64,000 nucleotides of DNA from Laetmonice hystrix. Taxonomy: Eukaryota. The translations under genes were made by a program, and so were the position numbers. This document shows positions 37,666 through 52,300 of this stretch, piece by piece. How positions within the stretch are numbered: the stretch's first letter is position 1; each line of letters opens with the position of its first letter. The DNA is taken from the NCBI GenBank assembly GCA_965235115.1, contig OZ249436.1, forward strand, positions 64,108,001-64,172,000, in the 5' to 3' direction. The notes below the pieces were generated by a model. It saw only the letters and a list, made by a program, of their open reading frames with translations, did not search any database and was not told where the DNA came from.

Positions 37666-40600
37666 CTGAAACAAACAAAAAGACAATTAACATTTAAGTA
37701 GATTCTATGCAGAAAAGTCAACTAGAGTTCTTAATAATCCACTAAGTCAAGGGAAATCCAGTAGCATAGCTCGCTTCAATCGGAAAGACGTTCTGTGACT
37801 TCATTCTAGCTGATTTCATTCTGTCAGTTCATTCCCTCATATCTCCCCAGCTAACCAACAATCACGTCATCACACCGTCTCGTTTCTCATCTGTGGCTGT
37901 GGCTCATACATTTGGCTGTCAAGATGTGGCAGCAATTTATAAACTTCTCCTCTAAAGACAAAAATGTTAGTCCATACTTCTCAAGACCATAAGAGAAACT
38001 ACCAGTGCTATCTTCAAGTTGAGTCTTGAAGGATTTTCTACCCGAATTTCTCCACCCGATCTCTCACCTCACAGTGACACTCATAGCAGTATACACCTGC
38101 TAGATGTTATAACACCTTTATTTCCGAGAAAGTGACAACCGGTGTGAAACATGACGACTTAGTTAGGAGTCTTCTGATTCAGCATACCAGCAGCCTGCTC
38201 TCGTCTGACACGAGAAAGGTGTTAGCTCCTGACGCCCTATCACAACTCCCGCGAGCCGTTCGTTGGTCACCTGTCACAATGTGGACTGGGAGCTGGCCTA
38301 TGGGTTCCTGCTACAGTTGGTGGTTTCTTGTGTTAGACAGGCCGACCGAGTGCTAACAGGTGCTGCCCCAATCATGTTGGTCTACCTTACCACATCAAAG
38401 GAACTCCCACACTAAACATTACCTTGTTTGACTGATGAAGGTTCATTCAGAAGTTATTTATAAGAAGTGTTTGGCGACTTATAAGGTAACTGGAATTCAT
38501 ACGCCTGCACCAATGTAAGTTACTCTTGATCGGTAAGATAGACATTTTGGTTTCACGCACTCAGCCCGCAGCCCATTTCTGGACGCTTCGTACACAACAT
38601 AACGCGGCTTTTACCGTCCGAAAAACGTCTTAATCTAAAATATAATTAAAAACCTTACTTTATAGAAAAAAACGTAATAAAATACGAGTGGAATCCTAAT
38701 AGCAAACCATCCTGGTTTTTGTTACAGCTGATCAAAAGTAACTTGAACTCGGATGATAGAATCGGCATTTCCTGGGTCACTGGCGATTTAAATGCGTCCC
38801 TTCCAACCGTTAATTTACTTTACTCAAAAACGAAAAGCTGTTTTTGTGGGGATAGCAATCTGCCTGGTCTGAATGGCCCGTTTTATGCCTAATTATTACA
38901 TTCACAGAGCTAGTAAAAAGTTAACGTGCCCATTATATAAGGCACATATGTAAATCCTAACGGCCACACAGCCTCGTAGCACACTGTCCAGAGAACACCA
39001 GATCCAACCGGCCGCGTGGCTGGACGTCCTTAACACAGTTTACTTATGGTTTGTTTACGTGGGGTAAGCCAGCAGAGCCATCGGTTTCCAGAAATCTGCT
39101 GGGCCAGCTGACCTTGATGAAAAGACATCTGGGACGACGTGCTGCGCCATCATGCGGGTGGATGGCACGTGGTGGCCACCATACCACGGCCATTAACTAT
39201 TTATATACGATCCTCTAAAGCTGCGAAAAATCACACAATGAAATATTCACCACATGTGAAAATAACCTTGTTAGTGCATCACTTTGAAAAGACATTCATA
39301 AAACAGTATACGAAATCTGGCTTGCATTGTCACCACCTCGGAACTCAGATGAGAGTAATCGTACCATAATGATGAGTCCGTTTCAACACTGCAGTGCCGT
39401 TTACTAATCAGTAATCACCGCTCCATATTAGTTCCTTTTTATCCACTCAGTGACAGCTGAAATTTTCTCACAAAATGAATTCCTGCCTTTTGTCTTTCCA
39501 GAAAGCCTCTAATTAACACGAAGGTTGATTGCATGCATACATGTTCCTCCAGAATTTGGCCTCAATCACACTTTTTCATTTACTCGATAATTGTAACAAT
39601 TTATAAAAAAAACCTTGCCTCTCTTCTCCCCATTGCAGAGTGCAATAGACACACGACCAGGAGACAGGTATCGGGGGCCTCCTGTTCTTGCCTGTCAGAC
39701 CACACAATGTGGTAAGAATCCTGCGTCAATCAGTCCAGCAGAAGACCAGAAGACATGGTGGCAGTCTGTGGCAGTCTGTCACGTCTGTCCAGTCACAGAG
39801 ACGGAGCTGATGGAATTTTACCGTCGGCTCTCCGGCTAGGCCGACATTCTGCCATTGCTCCAGTACGGTATGACTGTATACATGTACTTCTGGTCTAATT
39901 AGTCTTTTTCAATAATTAATGATGTCAAAAGACGATGGACAACGCTTCTTCGCGAGTTATTAAAAACCTGCTCAAATGTTTCTTTATAAAAACTGCAACT
40001 GACCATAGAACTATGTGTCTTCGACCTTTTTTTGCACGGATTTCTTCATTAATCCTTTCATTTTCAGGCCCAGCTTATACGAAAAGGATAGCCTGTACAA
40101 AAAAACCCGCATCCTTTCCGAGACTGCATGAAAACGTCTTAACTGCTTATCCAGGTTTGCTGCATTCGTGCCGCCTGTTCTTCGTGGAATTCTTGGGGGA
40201 CTCCCTAAGCGATAGCCGTCCGCGGTCTACCAAATGGATCCCGTGTGTTCTTATGGCAGGTGGCATTCAACCTTCCCCGAGAGCTTTACATTCTCTCTCC
40301 CTGCATACAGATAGGCTTGTCATTTTACACTGGAGTTTATCATGCGACTCCTCATCATTACACTTAACCAAGCTACATGACGGAATCTTCTGATACGTTT
40401 ATCACCCAATACGTCACATGTTAATGTCTTCACAGTGCACCTATCTTTGATTCTGGGACGTCTAACAAACAACGTGATCGTCGTAATCTTTCTGCGGGTG
40501 CCGTCATCCATCTTGCAGGAGGAGTAGATTTCTCCAGAGCATATCCTTATGTCTAATAACAGCCGGTGATAATTATCCCACCGCAGATATGTATAACTAT

Positions 40601-42626
40601 TAGAGAGCGCCTGCCAATGATGCTCCTGTCACAATCAGCTCTTCAATACAGCACTTGGCAGCTGCAAATAATTAAGGTTCCTACCCAGAGCTTCTCCCAA
40701 GCGCTTCCCGAGTCCACAGTCGACCTCATTATGGTTCCATATGACAGGTCTGTATACCTGTGTCCCGTAATGTAATTACTCGGTGAAAGAGTGGTGGAGT
40801 CGGCAGCGGATCTACATCATGGAGTACAGATATGGGTTAATCTATTCTCTATGTCTACATCATGTTCTTCATACTATCTACATTCCTGGAACACTCAGCT
40901 ATATCTTCATTTCCTCGTGACACCCTTGCTCATCCATCAATTCCTACCGCAGAGGAGGAGCAGAAGGAGCAGCAGAAGAAGAAGACGGGAGGAGGTCCTT
41001 GTTATATACTGAAACTGAGGACATCCATTTTTTCTTCAGTTTACAGTAAAAATAACACGTGCTTATCTATAAATCAGCTTGCCGGTTCCAGTAAATGACA
41101 GGGCTGGCAGCAGAACTGAGACAGGGCATGAGGGCCACCAGACACTGCATGAGGGTTACCATGGAAAGGTGAATGATGGGAGCGGGAGGGAAGGTTTGGT
41201 GGCCACACAGGCTCACTCAACACCTGCCTTCAGTTTGTACCAGAACCTTTTAATATACCACCCTCCTGACTAGGAATAGCTGGAGTACTTGGATTAACCA
41301 TATCCATAATCTCCCGAGTACACCCATAGTGCCAGATTGTATTTTTGGCTCCGTCTGTTCATGGCAATAATGCTGTCATACATGATGTACCGTCATGTTG
41401 TGATCTACCCGGTAACAATCGTCCGTTCGAAACATTTGGTGATGACATGCCGAGGGATGTTCGTTTCAATCATGAACCAAAAGTAGTTGTATTGTTAGAA
41501 AATGTTTGTCTTTCACATTTTCATACGTTCACTGACAGGAAAAGCCCAGCAAAGTTTTCCTGGCAGAAATTCAGCATGGCAGGTTGACCAACTTCAAGTG
41601 TACTGGAAACCTTTAGTTCTGCTCTCGTAACCCGCCTGAGCTTCGCTCCCTGTACCCATAATCCTGGCGCCACTTTGACTCTCGCCAGTATTTATAACTT
41701 TGTCGATTTTTTCTTTTTGCTTTGTTGTGGAAGTGGGGCCTCACATGACACTTTTTTTCGCCTGTGCCTGGTTCTCGGCATATACCCAGCAGTTGAGAGC
41801 TGGTCGATCCACGTACACAGTACCGTGTCAGACAGCTCTGATCACGAGCACATGGAGTGAGTGTGAAGTTCACAGCCAGTCAGCCACACAAACTGGGCTC
41901 AGGCTATAACGGCATTCATCCATACAGCCCGGCCAACTGGTAACAATGACGCACGCTACTCTTAGCAGCAACTTCTGTAGAGTTTTTTGAGGTAATGCTT
42001 CAACATTGCAACAGTCTTTCCCATGCCCTTCCGCGTCCCAGACCGCCAGTCCAGCTCCTAGACTTTTTCTTAATGATAGAGATGTTTTGTTCTACCCATC
42101 CCAGTAAACTCATGTCCCATGGGCCAGCTCTTCGGTTTCAAACTCTAGCCAATTTCACCCTGAGGACATGGGGGGGGGGGGGTATACTGGCCAGTGCCAT
42201 CTGCCGGGAAATGGAGGCGCCAACAACGTGTAATCTCGCGATTACTGATGTAACTTCAAACGCAGTCAACCAGCTCCACTCATAAAAAGACAGCATAACT
42301 ACCCTAAACTGTTTTCTCGAATCATATTTCACATTAATGTAGGACAAATTGGGACGAGAAAAAACTAGAGCCGTCACTCTCTAATTCCCATTTTTTCTCT
42401 TTGGCTTGTGGCTTAGTAGAACCAATTTATGGATAACTAGATATTACTCTTTATGGTACACATTCAAAATGTCAACCTCTACATTACCCGGGGGAATCCC
42501 GGTGGCCACACCCATGAAAAAATGGCAAACGCGTCGCTGAACGTCTACAGAATGTCTCCCGCCACACCTGTAGAAAGTCTGCGTTATTGAAGGTCGAACT
42601 GAAAACTGAGGTGAATAAATGCATAC

Positions 42627-42848
42627 CACCATGTCTGCCGAGGACCGTGCCCGCCAGCTGTAGCAGAGACAGGAGTAGGTGACCTTGAGGAGGTACCTTG
42701 TGGCGGCGTCCCTCACCTCCCGCCTGCCCCGACACCTCGCCCCTCCACCGGAGCCACTGGCCGCCGCCGAACCCGGTCCAGGGTCTGGCCCACCCTCGTC
42801 ACTGTCTCCCTGCCGTCTGTAGTACGACCCACCATACCTGTGGGACAT
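42627..42848 (-). CDS. CYTH: Upstream N-terminal extension exon (first exon from ATG 42848, or internal exon from acceptor at 42837 or 42816)
   Basis: MSHRYGGSYYRRQGDSDEGGPDPGPGSAAASGSGGGARCRGRREVRDAATRYLLKVTYSCLCYSWRARSSADMV; donor GTG/gtatgc in phase 0, compatible with 37665; GC-rich. The AATRYLLKVTY..LCY.W segment resembles recalled insect long isoforms. Confidence 0.65.
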
Positions 42849-44198
42849 CCTCACCACCACCGTGACCGTCCTCCAGGTGATCACATCACAGAGCTCACAC
42901 CTCCACGGCCAGGTCCTCCTGTGGGGCCTACCACCGGTATTGGGCCATCAATCTGTAATAACGGCAGATTCCCAGAATACGATGATAATATCCAGGTATA
43001 ACAAGGTAGATGGTGATCCTATTCCTTGGTTCCCGCTACAAACAAACTCGGCACGGTAACATTCTCAGAGTCTGGGGTTGTCTGCATGCAGACTTCTCAG
43101 CCGACTCCTGGACCCGGAGTAAACCTTGATGTTGGGATCCTCCTGTGCTGGTCACTTGTCGGCCCGAGTGGAGAGTGAAAGAACTCGATGGGTATGCGGG
43201 TAAGGCAGCCGTTTTGGCTCGTGTAAACGAACCCCGGGGGCCAGTAGTAGAGGCCGACCCTGATGGTGCTGCTTGTCGACAGTGTAGACAGGAATGGCCT
43301 TAGGCAGTTGAACCCAACTTCTACCACTCCTCACCGGGGTTCCCTGTCGATGGCCTGCCCGCCTGTCTGCCTGCCTGGGCCGCGCCGCCGCTGACTTTTA
43401 CCTCGCTCAAGTGACTGTGACTGGCCCCACTGTTGGCTGGGCGGCTTGCTCTAGAGTAGATCACAGGCAGTTGTCGGCACCCCACTAAACTAGACGTGTG
43501 GCCGGAGGGTTCGCCGGTGGCCAAGGCCTCTCACATCTGGCAACTGTTCCCCTGCCACGCCCCTTCCTCCTACCATCAACTCCTCACTGGGGCAATGGGA
43601 TCCACTTCACTGCATGCCCCTGTCTACTGCCACAGGGTCCTATACCCCAGTGTAACCACCGAGTCACCCCTGCTCTAGACAATAACAACACTCAATACCG
43701 AAAAACGGATCGTCTAAACTAGACGGGTTCTTTCGGTATATTTACGTGTAGTTTTCCCAAGCAGTTGACAGTGAGGTGGAACTGGTCCAAAGCTTGGATC
43801 GAAGCAACCAGACTGTTACTGTAGCAGTGCCACCTAGGGTTCGATGGGAGACTAATGAAGTTCTTCCCAGAGAGCAGCAGTCTAGAAGATGGAATCAGTA
43901 ACCCAAGAGGATATAATACCACGGATGGTTTACTTCGTTACTTAAGTTCCTTTCGACCTTTGTGTTCCAAGTAAAGAGCGTATCGCAATCGCAGGCAATG
44001 CATACAAAACATCGTAAACATCGCTGTGGAAGGAACTCCCCTCCCCGATTAATAGTTGTCTTCCTTGGGAGTTGAACCAATTTCCATGCAGATTACTTAT
44101 GGTGTAGGGTAGAAAACAGGGTGCTTTGATCCTATCAACACAAGCATATTAGATGCCTGTCTTTCACTCTGTGAGCTGATCCACCCGACACGTGTACT

Positions 44199-44408
44199 AG
44201 GCAATCCACCGACACCACTGCTGATCCACTGGACCCTGGTCAATCGACCGACTCTCCTGACCCACGCGACAACTGGGCAATCGACCGCCTCCACTCCTGA
44301 TCCACGCGACAACTGGGCAAACGACCGACTCCACTCCTGATCCACGCGACAACTGGGCAATCCACCGACTCCACTCCTGATCCACGCGACAACTGGGCCG
44401 ACTCCACT
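44199..44408. repeat. Minisatellite, 40-bp unit, 4-5 copies
   Basis: ccactcctgatccacgcgacaactgggcaa(t/a)c(g/c)accg(a/c)ct repeated; accounts for the repetitive ORFs 44097-44606 and 44197-44385. Confidence 0.92.
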
Positions 44409-44691
44409 TCTGTTTGAAACCTTTCTCACCGTTGAAACTGAGCTGGCTGTCCCAACTCCGTATATGTTGAACCTAAACCTGACGTGTTGGGGTTTCAGTC
44501 GAACTGACGGAGTGACCAAACCATACATCAGTGTACTATAGTTTAGCCCGAGGTTGTATGCCGTGTGGCCATCTGAGAGCCGACATACTTCATGTCGAGC
44601 CGACACAATCGTCGCCTGCCCAGAATGTTGCCAGGTCGATCGTCACAATGTAAAAGCTGCCAGACACGGGCAGTTACTGTCCAGCTTCCAT

Positions 44692-44775
44692 AGTGTGACG
44701 GGCTGTATCATCCAGTGTGACGGGCTGTATCATCTATAGTGTGACGGGCTGTATCATCCAGCCTGTATCATCCAT
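44692..44775. repeat. Short tandem repeat, 22-25-bp unit, 3 copies plus a partial
   Basis: agtgtgacgggctgtatcatc repeated. Confidence 0.9.
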
Positions 44776-47700
44776 CCAGCTGGACACTTCCCGTCCCGTG
44801 CACAGTCTACCCTTACTGTGTGACAACGGTAAAGACTGGGGTGAGTACTATACAGGCTCCACAGTCAGCTCTATGAGTCAACCAAACAAACCGTGTCAAA
44901 GGATGCTTGTTAACGTCACCTCCCAAGGAGCCGTCAACTCCTTCAACTGCATGCCACATTGGGATACCACTGGGTCAAGAGTGGCGAGGAGTCGGTTAGA
45001 GGCTTCACTCTAGTTACTCCCGATCCTCATCTTGGTGGCCACTGGTGCATGGTACCAGCCTATATCACACATGTACATAGAGGCCTCCATACTGTCCTCA
45101 CCACCTCCCCCAGACACACCACTGTCATCAGCACCGGGAGGGGGGGGGGGGCGATGATCATCTATCCCCCAGGCCGTATAGGCCTATGCTGGTATGTGTT
45201 GGGGGTCACACACTATAATAATCACGAGCCCATCTTTATGTCCTGTGTCCGCCACTTAACTCCCAGTGTATGATAGACTACTGCCGCCACAGCCTGCAAT
45301 CAGGGGGATCAAACAAGGACACAACTGGATAAATAAAACACACTCCAACAAGCTCAACACTATCTGTCTGAACTGAGCTGATGAACTATAGTTAACTTTA
45401 TTGATCAACTGACCACCAGAACAACCACGGTTAACACAATAAGTGTTATCCTCCGATACCAAGCGATCCTGAAACTCGGCCAATCCGATATCACACTACC
45501 TTACGATACACAGGCACTGTTTCACTCTAAGGCCTTCCATCCTAAACATATGGTTATATTACTCACATACAATGTAGATACCCCAGTGGCATTAGGTCGG
45601 TGTCAATTATGCTTGCCCTGTGAAGTCGACTCCCATCAGATGGGGTAGGAAGACGGTAGATTGGGTTCACCTTATACAGTCTCCTGCCAGTGCTCCAGGC
45701 TATCCGTGGCCTGCTGTTCCGCCTGTTCTGACGGCCCACAACCTGCGGGTTAGCGCCGCGGGAGGACCTATGTCAGATTAGGTCTGACCTACCTCGTACA
45801 GCGAGTGAACCTTTATTCTAACCTTTATTGGCCAAGGTCTCAAGGTCTCGCCTCCCCAACATTCCATGGAATGTATAGCAGCGGTTTCCTTCCCTGAGGT
45901 CAGTGCCCCCCTATTTATACATAACAGGGGCTCAAGTCCCCGCATCCCTTGTAAAACTTTTTTTTTTTGGGGGGGGGGGTGGGTTATAATACATGTATGT
46001 ATTACAGTATATAAGATATGTATTACAGTATATAAGAGAGAGGTTTCTAATTCCATGAATGGGTCTGTACCCAATATTTTGATGCCAACAGAGTTTAACT
46101 GACGTGAAACATTGCGTTCCGCCCCTCCTGCCCCCTCCTCATAGGCCACATTGCTAGGGGTATGCGCAGCATGTTTACGGTTCATGAACCGAGGTCATGT
46201 GACCTCACATGTTCTCCTCCTGATCACACTGGAGACACACCCACAGCTCTAGTAAAACCCACATCTCCGGCCATCGTCTTAAAGTGATGGATGTTACCCT
46301 TCACGGTTACTTTGCTTACATTTCTTTCACTTCCGATTCCTTTTGATCAAGACAATTATAAAACATGGTCCTTCATTCTCTTCCTAGTCTCTTTCCTGAA
46401 TGCTAGCCACTCGATATTCGTTACAATTAATTTAGAGGTTACAGCATCCTTTAAGATTTAAGAAATTAACTTCCTTGGCGGGATTAACGTATCGTAAATC
46501 TTAATTTGTGTTCTAGCAAACATACAGCTCTCTCAGACCAGGAATGAGAACGAGTGTGGACCAGGAGCACCCACCAGCCTGGGCAGACGGTGGAGACTAC
46601 TTGCTCGGATCACCAATCATCATTCTGGCCTGTGTAACTAACCTGACACTCTGGGGGCGGAGGGGGGCGTGGTTATCACAGTGACGTATCCCTGGTATCA
46701 TACTGGGTAACTGTCACCCTCAATCAGGGGTAGATCATGCAATCTTTATACAGGTGACATATGCTCGAGAGGTGAAGGCTCTGCCCTTTGAAAGGGTTTT
46801 TCCGTCAGTCATGTGCCCGCATCACGGAAACATTTCCGACGGTTTCCTTCAGCTTTCACTTTTTCGACACTTTCCACCATATAGAAGAAGTTCCCGGGAA
46901 GACTCGTTCCCTTCTGACGGAAACTGATTGTTTCCACAGTACTGAACAAAGGTGCCTCTACCTCACTGTCCTTGGCAAGTGGCAAGTCCCCATTCCCACC
47001 CATACACACGCACACAAAAGTCGCTATACAGGGTACGCACGTGATGCCTTGGATACTGGAGGTCCCATACCCAGTCCACAGCACCAATCCTGAGTTTGTG
47101 AGACCTCCCCCACCCAGACCCCTCCCATCTCTCCATCATGGCCCACTGTCTGTCCTTGACACGCCAACACTGGCTGGCCTTCACTGACCCCACCCGGTAC
47201 TGTTCTCTACCGGTGCTGCCATCTGTCCCCACTAAATACTGGGAACTGTTAGGACGACCGTTCAACACCTCCCTCCCCACACCTACTCACGTCAGTACAC
47301 ATCACACATAGTGGGGTTTAAACAAATTCGCGACCCCCATAACCTGTACGGGTCAGCCTGGCGTCAACACGCCTCCCACCACAAATTATTATCTCTTTCA
47401 TCTCTTTTCTGTACAATAAAACATCGCCCGAACCGGGAGCCACATATCATATTCACATTGTGACATATTTGACATTAAATGAGAACATGAAGTAGGACAG
47501 AGGTTAACATGGACAATGTCATGACACGAAACTGAAAAGGCAGTGCAGCACACGATGGGTAGTCCTGGAAAGTGCCAAGTCTGACACAGTGCATGTAGAC
47601 GCCTGCAGTCTTCTTGTGGTGCGGCACCATTAATGGTACGTGGTGGGGACTGGGGAGAAAGGAGGTTTTGTGGTCTGCTCACAGACTCACCTCTACACCT

Positions 47701-48748
47701 CATCATCCTAACTACGAGCCATCAACTCCGGTTTTTGTCACCATGCAGGCCCCTGGCAGTGGGATGCGCATTTCCATGAACGGGGTTCTCCGACACGTCG
47801 ATCTACTGGGAGAAAAGCAGTACGACCCCACAGGATGTTAGTGGAAATTAAAACCCCTGCGCCCAGTGACTCCACGTCTGATGACTCACACACATCCTCT
47901 ATTCAAGGTCCAAACTGTCTGTCTCCCAACATCAAATCCACCTTCTGCGGCAACATCGGTCGGAAGATCAATTAAAACCTCTTCTAAATGAGTTACCATT
48001 GCACTTTACGGAGTCCCAAACGTGCAATATTTGGGATTGAATGCCTCTCATTGGGTTAGCGTCAGAGATCGGGAGCTTTCTTTCAGTTTACACCTCGTTT
48101 GGGAGACCGGCACTGTGTGATAGATGAGACGTTGATTAACACCTGCAGTAGGAGCCATACACGTCAGTCCATCTGGGACAACCCGAGTGACCCATTGTCA
48201 GAAAGTCAAGGCCGCTTACTCCTGCCGGGTCAGACCACCACAGCCAGGTAGGAGGCAGGCTGACAAGTTTCGTCCAAAGTCAGATTAGAACTTTAAACAC
48301 GGCACAGATGGTACTCCCCACTGAGGGATCCAAATGGTGCGCTCCTGTCTCCCCTCCGGTATACGACCCGCTTCAGTGGTTTCCAATGACACGGCCCTCG
48401 TCTGGAGTGACAATCACAATAATGGCAACTGGCTCCTCTACCTACAAAACCTTCCCCAACTACGCCATCGGCGAGTTTTATAGACTTCCTCTACAAGCTG
48501 CTACTCTAAAGCTTCTTTGTACAGACTTCTGTGTCTGTATTATGTTCCAACTCCCAAACTAACATATGTGACATCGAGGCACTACAAAATTAGTCTGAAA
48601 AAAATAGAATATCGGTACGTACCACATAGCTCGACCTTGTTTGTCAGACCTCCTACACGACCCTGACATATTTTCCTCAGGGTACCCCACAGTTAAAATC
48701 ACCGGTTATAGAAACATAGGAGACATCCCTCATTGTTCGACACCATAA

Positions 48749-48994
48749 AGGCCTGTACCCACTGGCGCGTTTTACCGCTGCGGTCGACGCTGAGCGACAA
48801 AACGCGCTAGTGGGTTCAGGCCTTTAGCTGTTATTGTTGTATTCATCGTGATAAAATTCGGACTCCCACGTAATTCGGAAATGTCCACATATCTCCTAAA
48901 GGCGGTGGTGCTTGCCGTAAGGCCTGAACCCACTAGCGCGTTTTGTCGCTCAGCGTGGACCGCAGCGGTAAAACGCGCTAGTGGGTACAGGCCT
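48749..48994. mobile_element. MITE with 75-bp terminal inverted repeats, PIF/Harbinger-like
   Basis: Arms 48749-48823 and 48920-48994 are near-perfect reverse complements; termini AGGCCTGTACCCACT; outer flanks TAA and TTA fit the TWA target site of Harbinger elements. Confidence 0.8.
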
Positions 48995-49278
48995 TTACCC
49001 TTGCAAACCGCCAGGATACGGCACGCCTCAACAATCTGCAAGTCTTCAACCAAGTGCCGCCTCATTCGCATCTTTCTTTCAAATTTATATCTACTCATAC
49101 AAAAGATATATATTTTTTCAAACTATCTACCACAAAATATCTCTGGAAAATATGTTTCTTCACTGGAAATGGCAATGGAGTCTTTAGATACCAGCGTCAG
49201 CCAATTTCCTAAATAATAAAGAAAGCATGTCTAGATCACTGTTCCCTTGAACAGCTTGGTGTCCAGGGATACGCATAC

Positions 49279-49323
49279 CTGCTGTGTGCTACACCTGGAT
49301 TTCACAGGTGTCAGTCTAACTTC
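49279..49323 (-). CDS. Candidate small exon EVRLTPVKSRCSTQQ (45 nt), or 29-nt form 49295-49323
   Basis: Strong acceptor cctttttctctgtcag; donors CAG/gtatgc (49279, phase 0) and CAG/gtgtag (49295, phase 2); only the phase-0-start frame is open. Confidence 0.35.
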
Positions 49324-52300
49324 CTGACAGAGAAAAAGGCCTCCATCTTGCTCTCATGTGGCCTTTAACTTGACGTCATTCGAGGCCGAATCCACTTATC
49401 CTGCAGACTGGTGGAGTGACCCGTGTTAGCCTCTATCACAAATGTTGGCACCAATGGTGGCTTGTTTACATTCGCTTTAACCCTTTCTGTACTCTAAGAT
49501 CACAACTGCCCACACAACGGCATATAATTGTTGAATTCTACATCAAAAAGTCTATACCATGATTAAAGGTTTTTCTGTTCAAAGCAGGAGAATAGTTTCA
49601 CTTCTTATATTTTTCCACACTGCATGCGTGACACAAATACAAGATTCGATACGGATTGAATGTGAGACGTTCATGAGAAAGCAGCCAATTGATAGAGATA
49701 GTTGGCATGAAAAATGGCTCAACACCACGCAGTACCGATTCCACATTGAAATACTCACGTTTATTACATTCGGGTGGCCAGGAACAAAGTTTCGAAACAC
49801 ACAAGGAGTTCTATGTAGCAAAGAATTGTGTCATAATACGAGTGTTTTTGTAAATAGAGGCCTGTTGCGTCTGACCTAGGCAGGGCACATTTTGGGGACC
49901 AAGTTGCAGACAAAGAATTCTTCATAAAGTAGTACAAATGTACAGAGTATACTCGGATTTCAAAAATCATTTCGGCGTGTGCATGGCGTGGCAGTTCAAC
50001 AGTACGTCTGTGTATATTAACGACAACCAGTGTGTCATTTATTGTTTTGAGAAATCAATTTTACAACACGACAAGTACTCTGGCAACTAGGTTTTCCCAT
50101 AGTTCTTCCGCTAGAAATAAGTATAATGCCAAGCAATAGGCCAATCATTTGGGATTCACCGCCACAGGAATGTAAGCACTAACGTCACAGCCATGTCCCA
50201 GACCAGGATCTAGACACTCAAGGGTGCAGTTTGTCCCACATCTAGACACTCTCATGTGGCTGTAACCAGCTGGTCACGTATACAAGTTAGTTCACACTGT
50301 TATACTGGGAAACGTGCTAGTCTCCTCTAATGACACTGTATGTATTATACAGAATACGCACACGCATTTTTCATTCGCTTTTCATCTTCCATTGTAAACT
50401 TAAATGTACCTCCATTTGCTGCAAACGCCCATCTTCACAAACTACTTACGGCAACGATTTACGGCCCATTTCGCGGAAGAGGATTTATTCCTAAATCCCA
50501 TGCCATCGAACCAAGTAAAAGAGCTCTCTAAAACCATGCCTGCATTATGATATAGTGTCAATCATTTATTCTCCACGGGATGTTGTCTGGGCCGGCTGTA
50601 AAATACATTGAATCTGTGCACACTAGTGAGGCTGATTTCGGAGATTTCCTACTCAAGAACGATATTGTGTGCCTGGGCCTGCAAATTAAGTTTTGGGTGT
50701 GGCTCGAAGTATCAATCCTGCCTGTTTTGGTTCCTTAACGGCTACTCTGGCTTGTTCTTGGGCTGTTATATCGATGCGAGTCGGCACTCCTATGGCCGCT
50801 CACCACCGTGAATGAAAGGTTGTACGCCCGGGTCAGCCGGCGGTACTGAGCGCGGCTCGTTTTTAACACCAATGGGGCGCCTGAGATTTGGGGTTGTGCA
50901 CATTGCACACCTTCTGTGCGCACAATGTGCACAGCTTTATCATACTTAACGTTTCTTACGGGTACACCAGCGGCCAACACGAGGTAGGTCCCCGATATCC
51001 TGGGCTGGAGTGAATGAAATATTTATGCCGAGTAACTGATTGGCTCTTTATGCTCGTGTCCAGTCGCAACAACAATAAATCTTACTGCCTCACGCGGAGC
51101 TTGGCTTGAGCCGTGTCGCCACCACAGCCTCACAGATATTTGGGCTAATGTATGGCCCGGGTGGCCTCACATAGAACTCCTGTGAAATAATCGTAAAACT
51201 CTGAAGGCATTGTGCCTTGGAGCTCAAGAGTGAAATATCTGAGGCACAGTTGGTAGGGAGGAGAACGAGAGGCTATTGACCTGAGGACAGGCACTGAGCA
51301 CATATAATATCGACCGGGCATTCTCCATCTACTATTAACTCCCAAGCTGATTCAAAACAGAAAGTTACTCGACAGAGAAACAGAGCTGTCTAAAAAGAAG
51401 TTTGTGTCCACGATTTCCGAGTGATCTGGAAACCCTGGTACAATTATCGGTCAGACGGATAGTTACCCGTACTTACTGCCCAAGACTGCTATCAGGGACG
51501 AGAGTAGGTCACCAGTCACCGACTTGTATCTGACCTCGCCACTCTGATCCTGATACCAAGGGTAGCATGCCTGAGGTTACATCTTAATACCTGCACACAT
51601 TCAATATTCATTTCTCTGATAGACCCTGAATTCCAATAATGGTTGCTTTGCATGACTATTTTTCTGGTTGGGTTTCTGTGACCGGCATCCTGAACCATTA
51701 ACTAGGAATTGTTCCAATGTTCTATTACTGATGTTGATTTAGGAGCAGTTATCCTCATGATGTATTCCTCCCCGGTCACAGAGGTCAACGATTCCTTCCC
51801 ACTGATAAAGAGAATGAAATGGTCGGGCCAGGATCCTATTAATTTATGATTAATTGGCTAATTCTGGTCCTAGGAAAACTGAGTTCGTCTTGCACTAAGT
51901 ACTGGGGTAAACACTAACAGCAAAGTAACGGAACACCAATGCTGAAAGTTCAGAAACCCATCAATAAAACCAATGTTATTGATCATACAACTTAAAAAAT
52001 GTCATGTTATGGTAAATTCTTAATAATCTATTAAAAATGTATACCGGTAATCACAGAAAAAAAAAACAATTGAAAAGTTTCAACACTCTGAGTCAGCGGT
52101 CCCCTTTTGTGCCGTGTCACCACCTGAGCGTCACACCCGTCCTCATCCCCCCGACCCCAACCCCATTCAGATAACCCCACTCATCACAACACACCATCAC
52201 TCACCCCCTCAACTTTCTGGATCATTCCGGGGGAGGGGGGGGGGTAATAATTGTTTCAATGATTCATCTCCTGGGGACGATTCCGGCTTTTCCGTGCTCC

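Noticed and set aside
48772-49216. Overlapping ORFs on both strands (108 and 122 aa)
   Set aside because: They are artefacts of the GC-rich palindromic MITE.
50895-50933. Imperfect hairpin tgtgcacattg…caatgtgcaca
   Set aside because: Too short for a pre-miRNA, and no known mature sequence was recognised.
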